From NCBI GenBank assembly GCA_036172245.1, contig JAYWIR010000028.1, forward strand, positions 2,170,001-2,234,000: a stretch of 64,000 nt of DNA, written 5' to 3'. Origin of the DNA: Raillietiella orientalis (lineage: Eukaryota). The translations under genes and the position numbers were made by a program. The notes beneath the pieces were generated by a model. The model was not told where the DNA came from and searched no databases. It saw only the letters and a program-made list of their open reading frames with translations. Positions 63,924 to 64,000 of the stretch are shown piece by piece; within the stretch, counting starts at the first letter, position 1, and each line of letters opens with the position of its first letter.

Positions 63924-64000
63924 CTTCTTTAGTGTCTTCGCAGTTCTTAGACACGGTTCCACGCCACCCAAAGGTGGGTAATTCCTCAAGATAAGGGCTA
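63924..64000 (-). mobile_element. SINE-like repeat, 3' end, cut by the window edge
   Basis: TGTCTTCGCAGTTCTTAGACACGGTTCCACG ... GGTGGGTAATTCCTCAAGAT is nearly identical to 52295-52353. Confidence 0.7.

Overview
Eukaryotic (animal, probably arthropod) genomic DNA. The only intact protein-coding gene I can support is a three-exon Emx/empty spiracles homeobox gene (+, 44942-51205, about 252 aa). The window also holds a decayed, 5'-truncated NeSL/Utopia-like RLE non-LTR retrotransposon (34825-36900), at least eight copies or fragments of a tRNA-headed SINE-like family, a roughly 250-bp mitochondrial 16S rRNA insertion (NUMT, 21482-21733), a 39-bp minisatellite and several microsatellites. The most striking signal is that much of the apparently non-coding DNA, translated by eye through stops and frameshifts, repeatedly gives highly diverged core-histone-fold motifs. 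These occur at about 20 places on both strands. Wherever several folds occur together they are co-oriented, tightly packed and in the order H4-H3-H2A-H2B within about 1 kb. I interpret this as a decayed multicopy family of fused four-histone genes. The histone alignments are manual and remote, boundaries are approximate, and all need profile-HMM confirmation.
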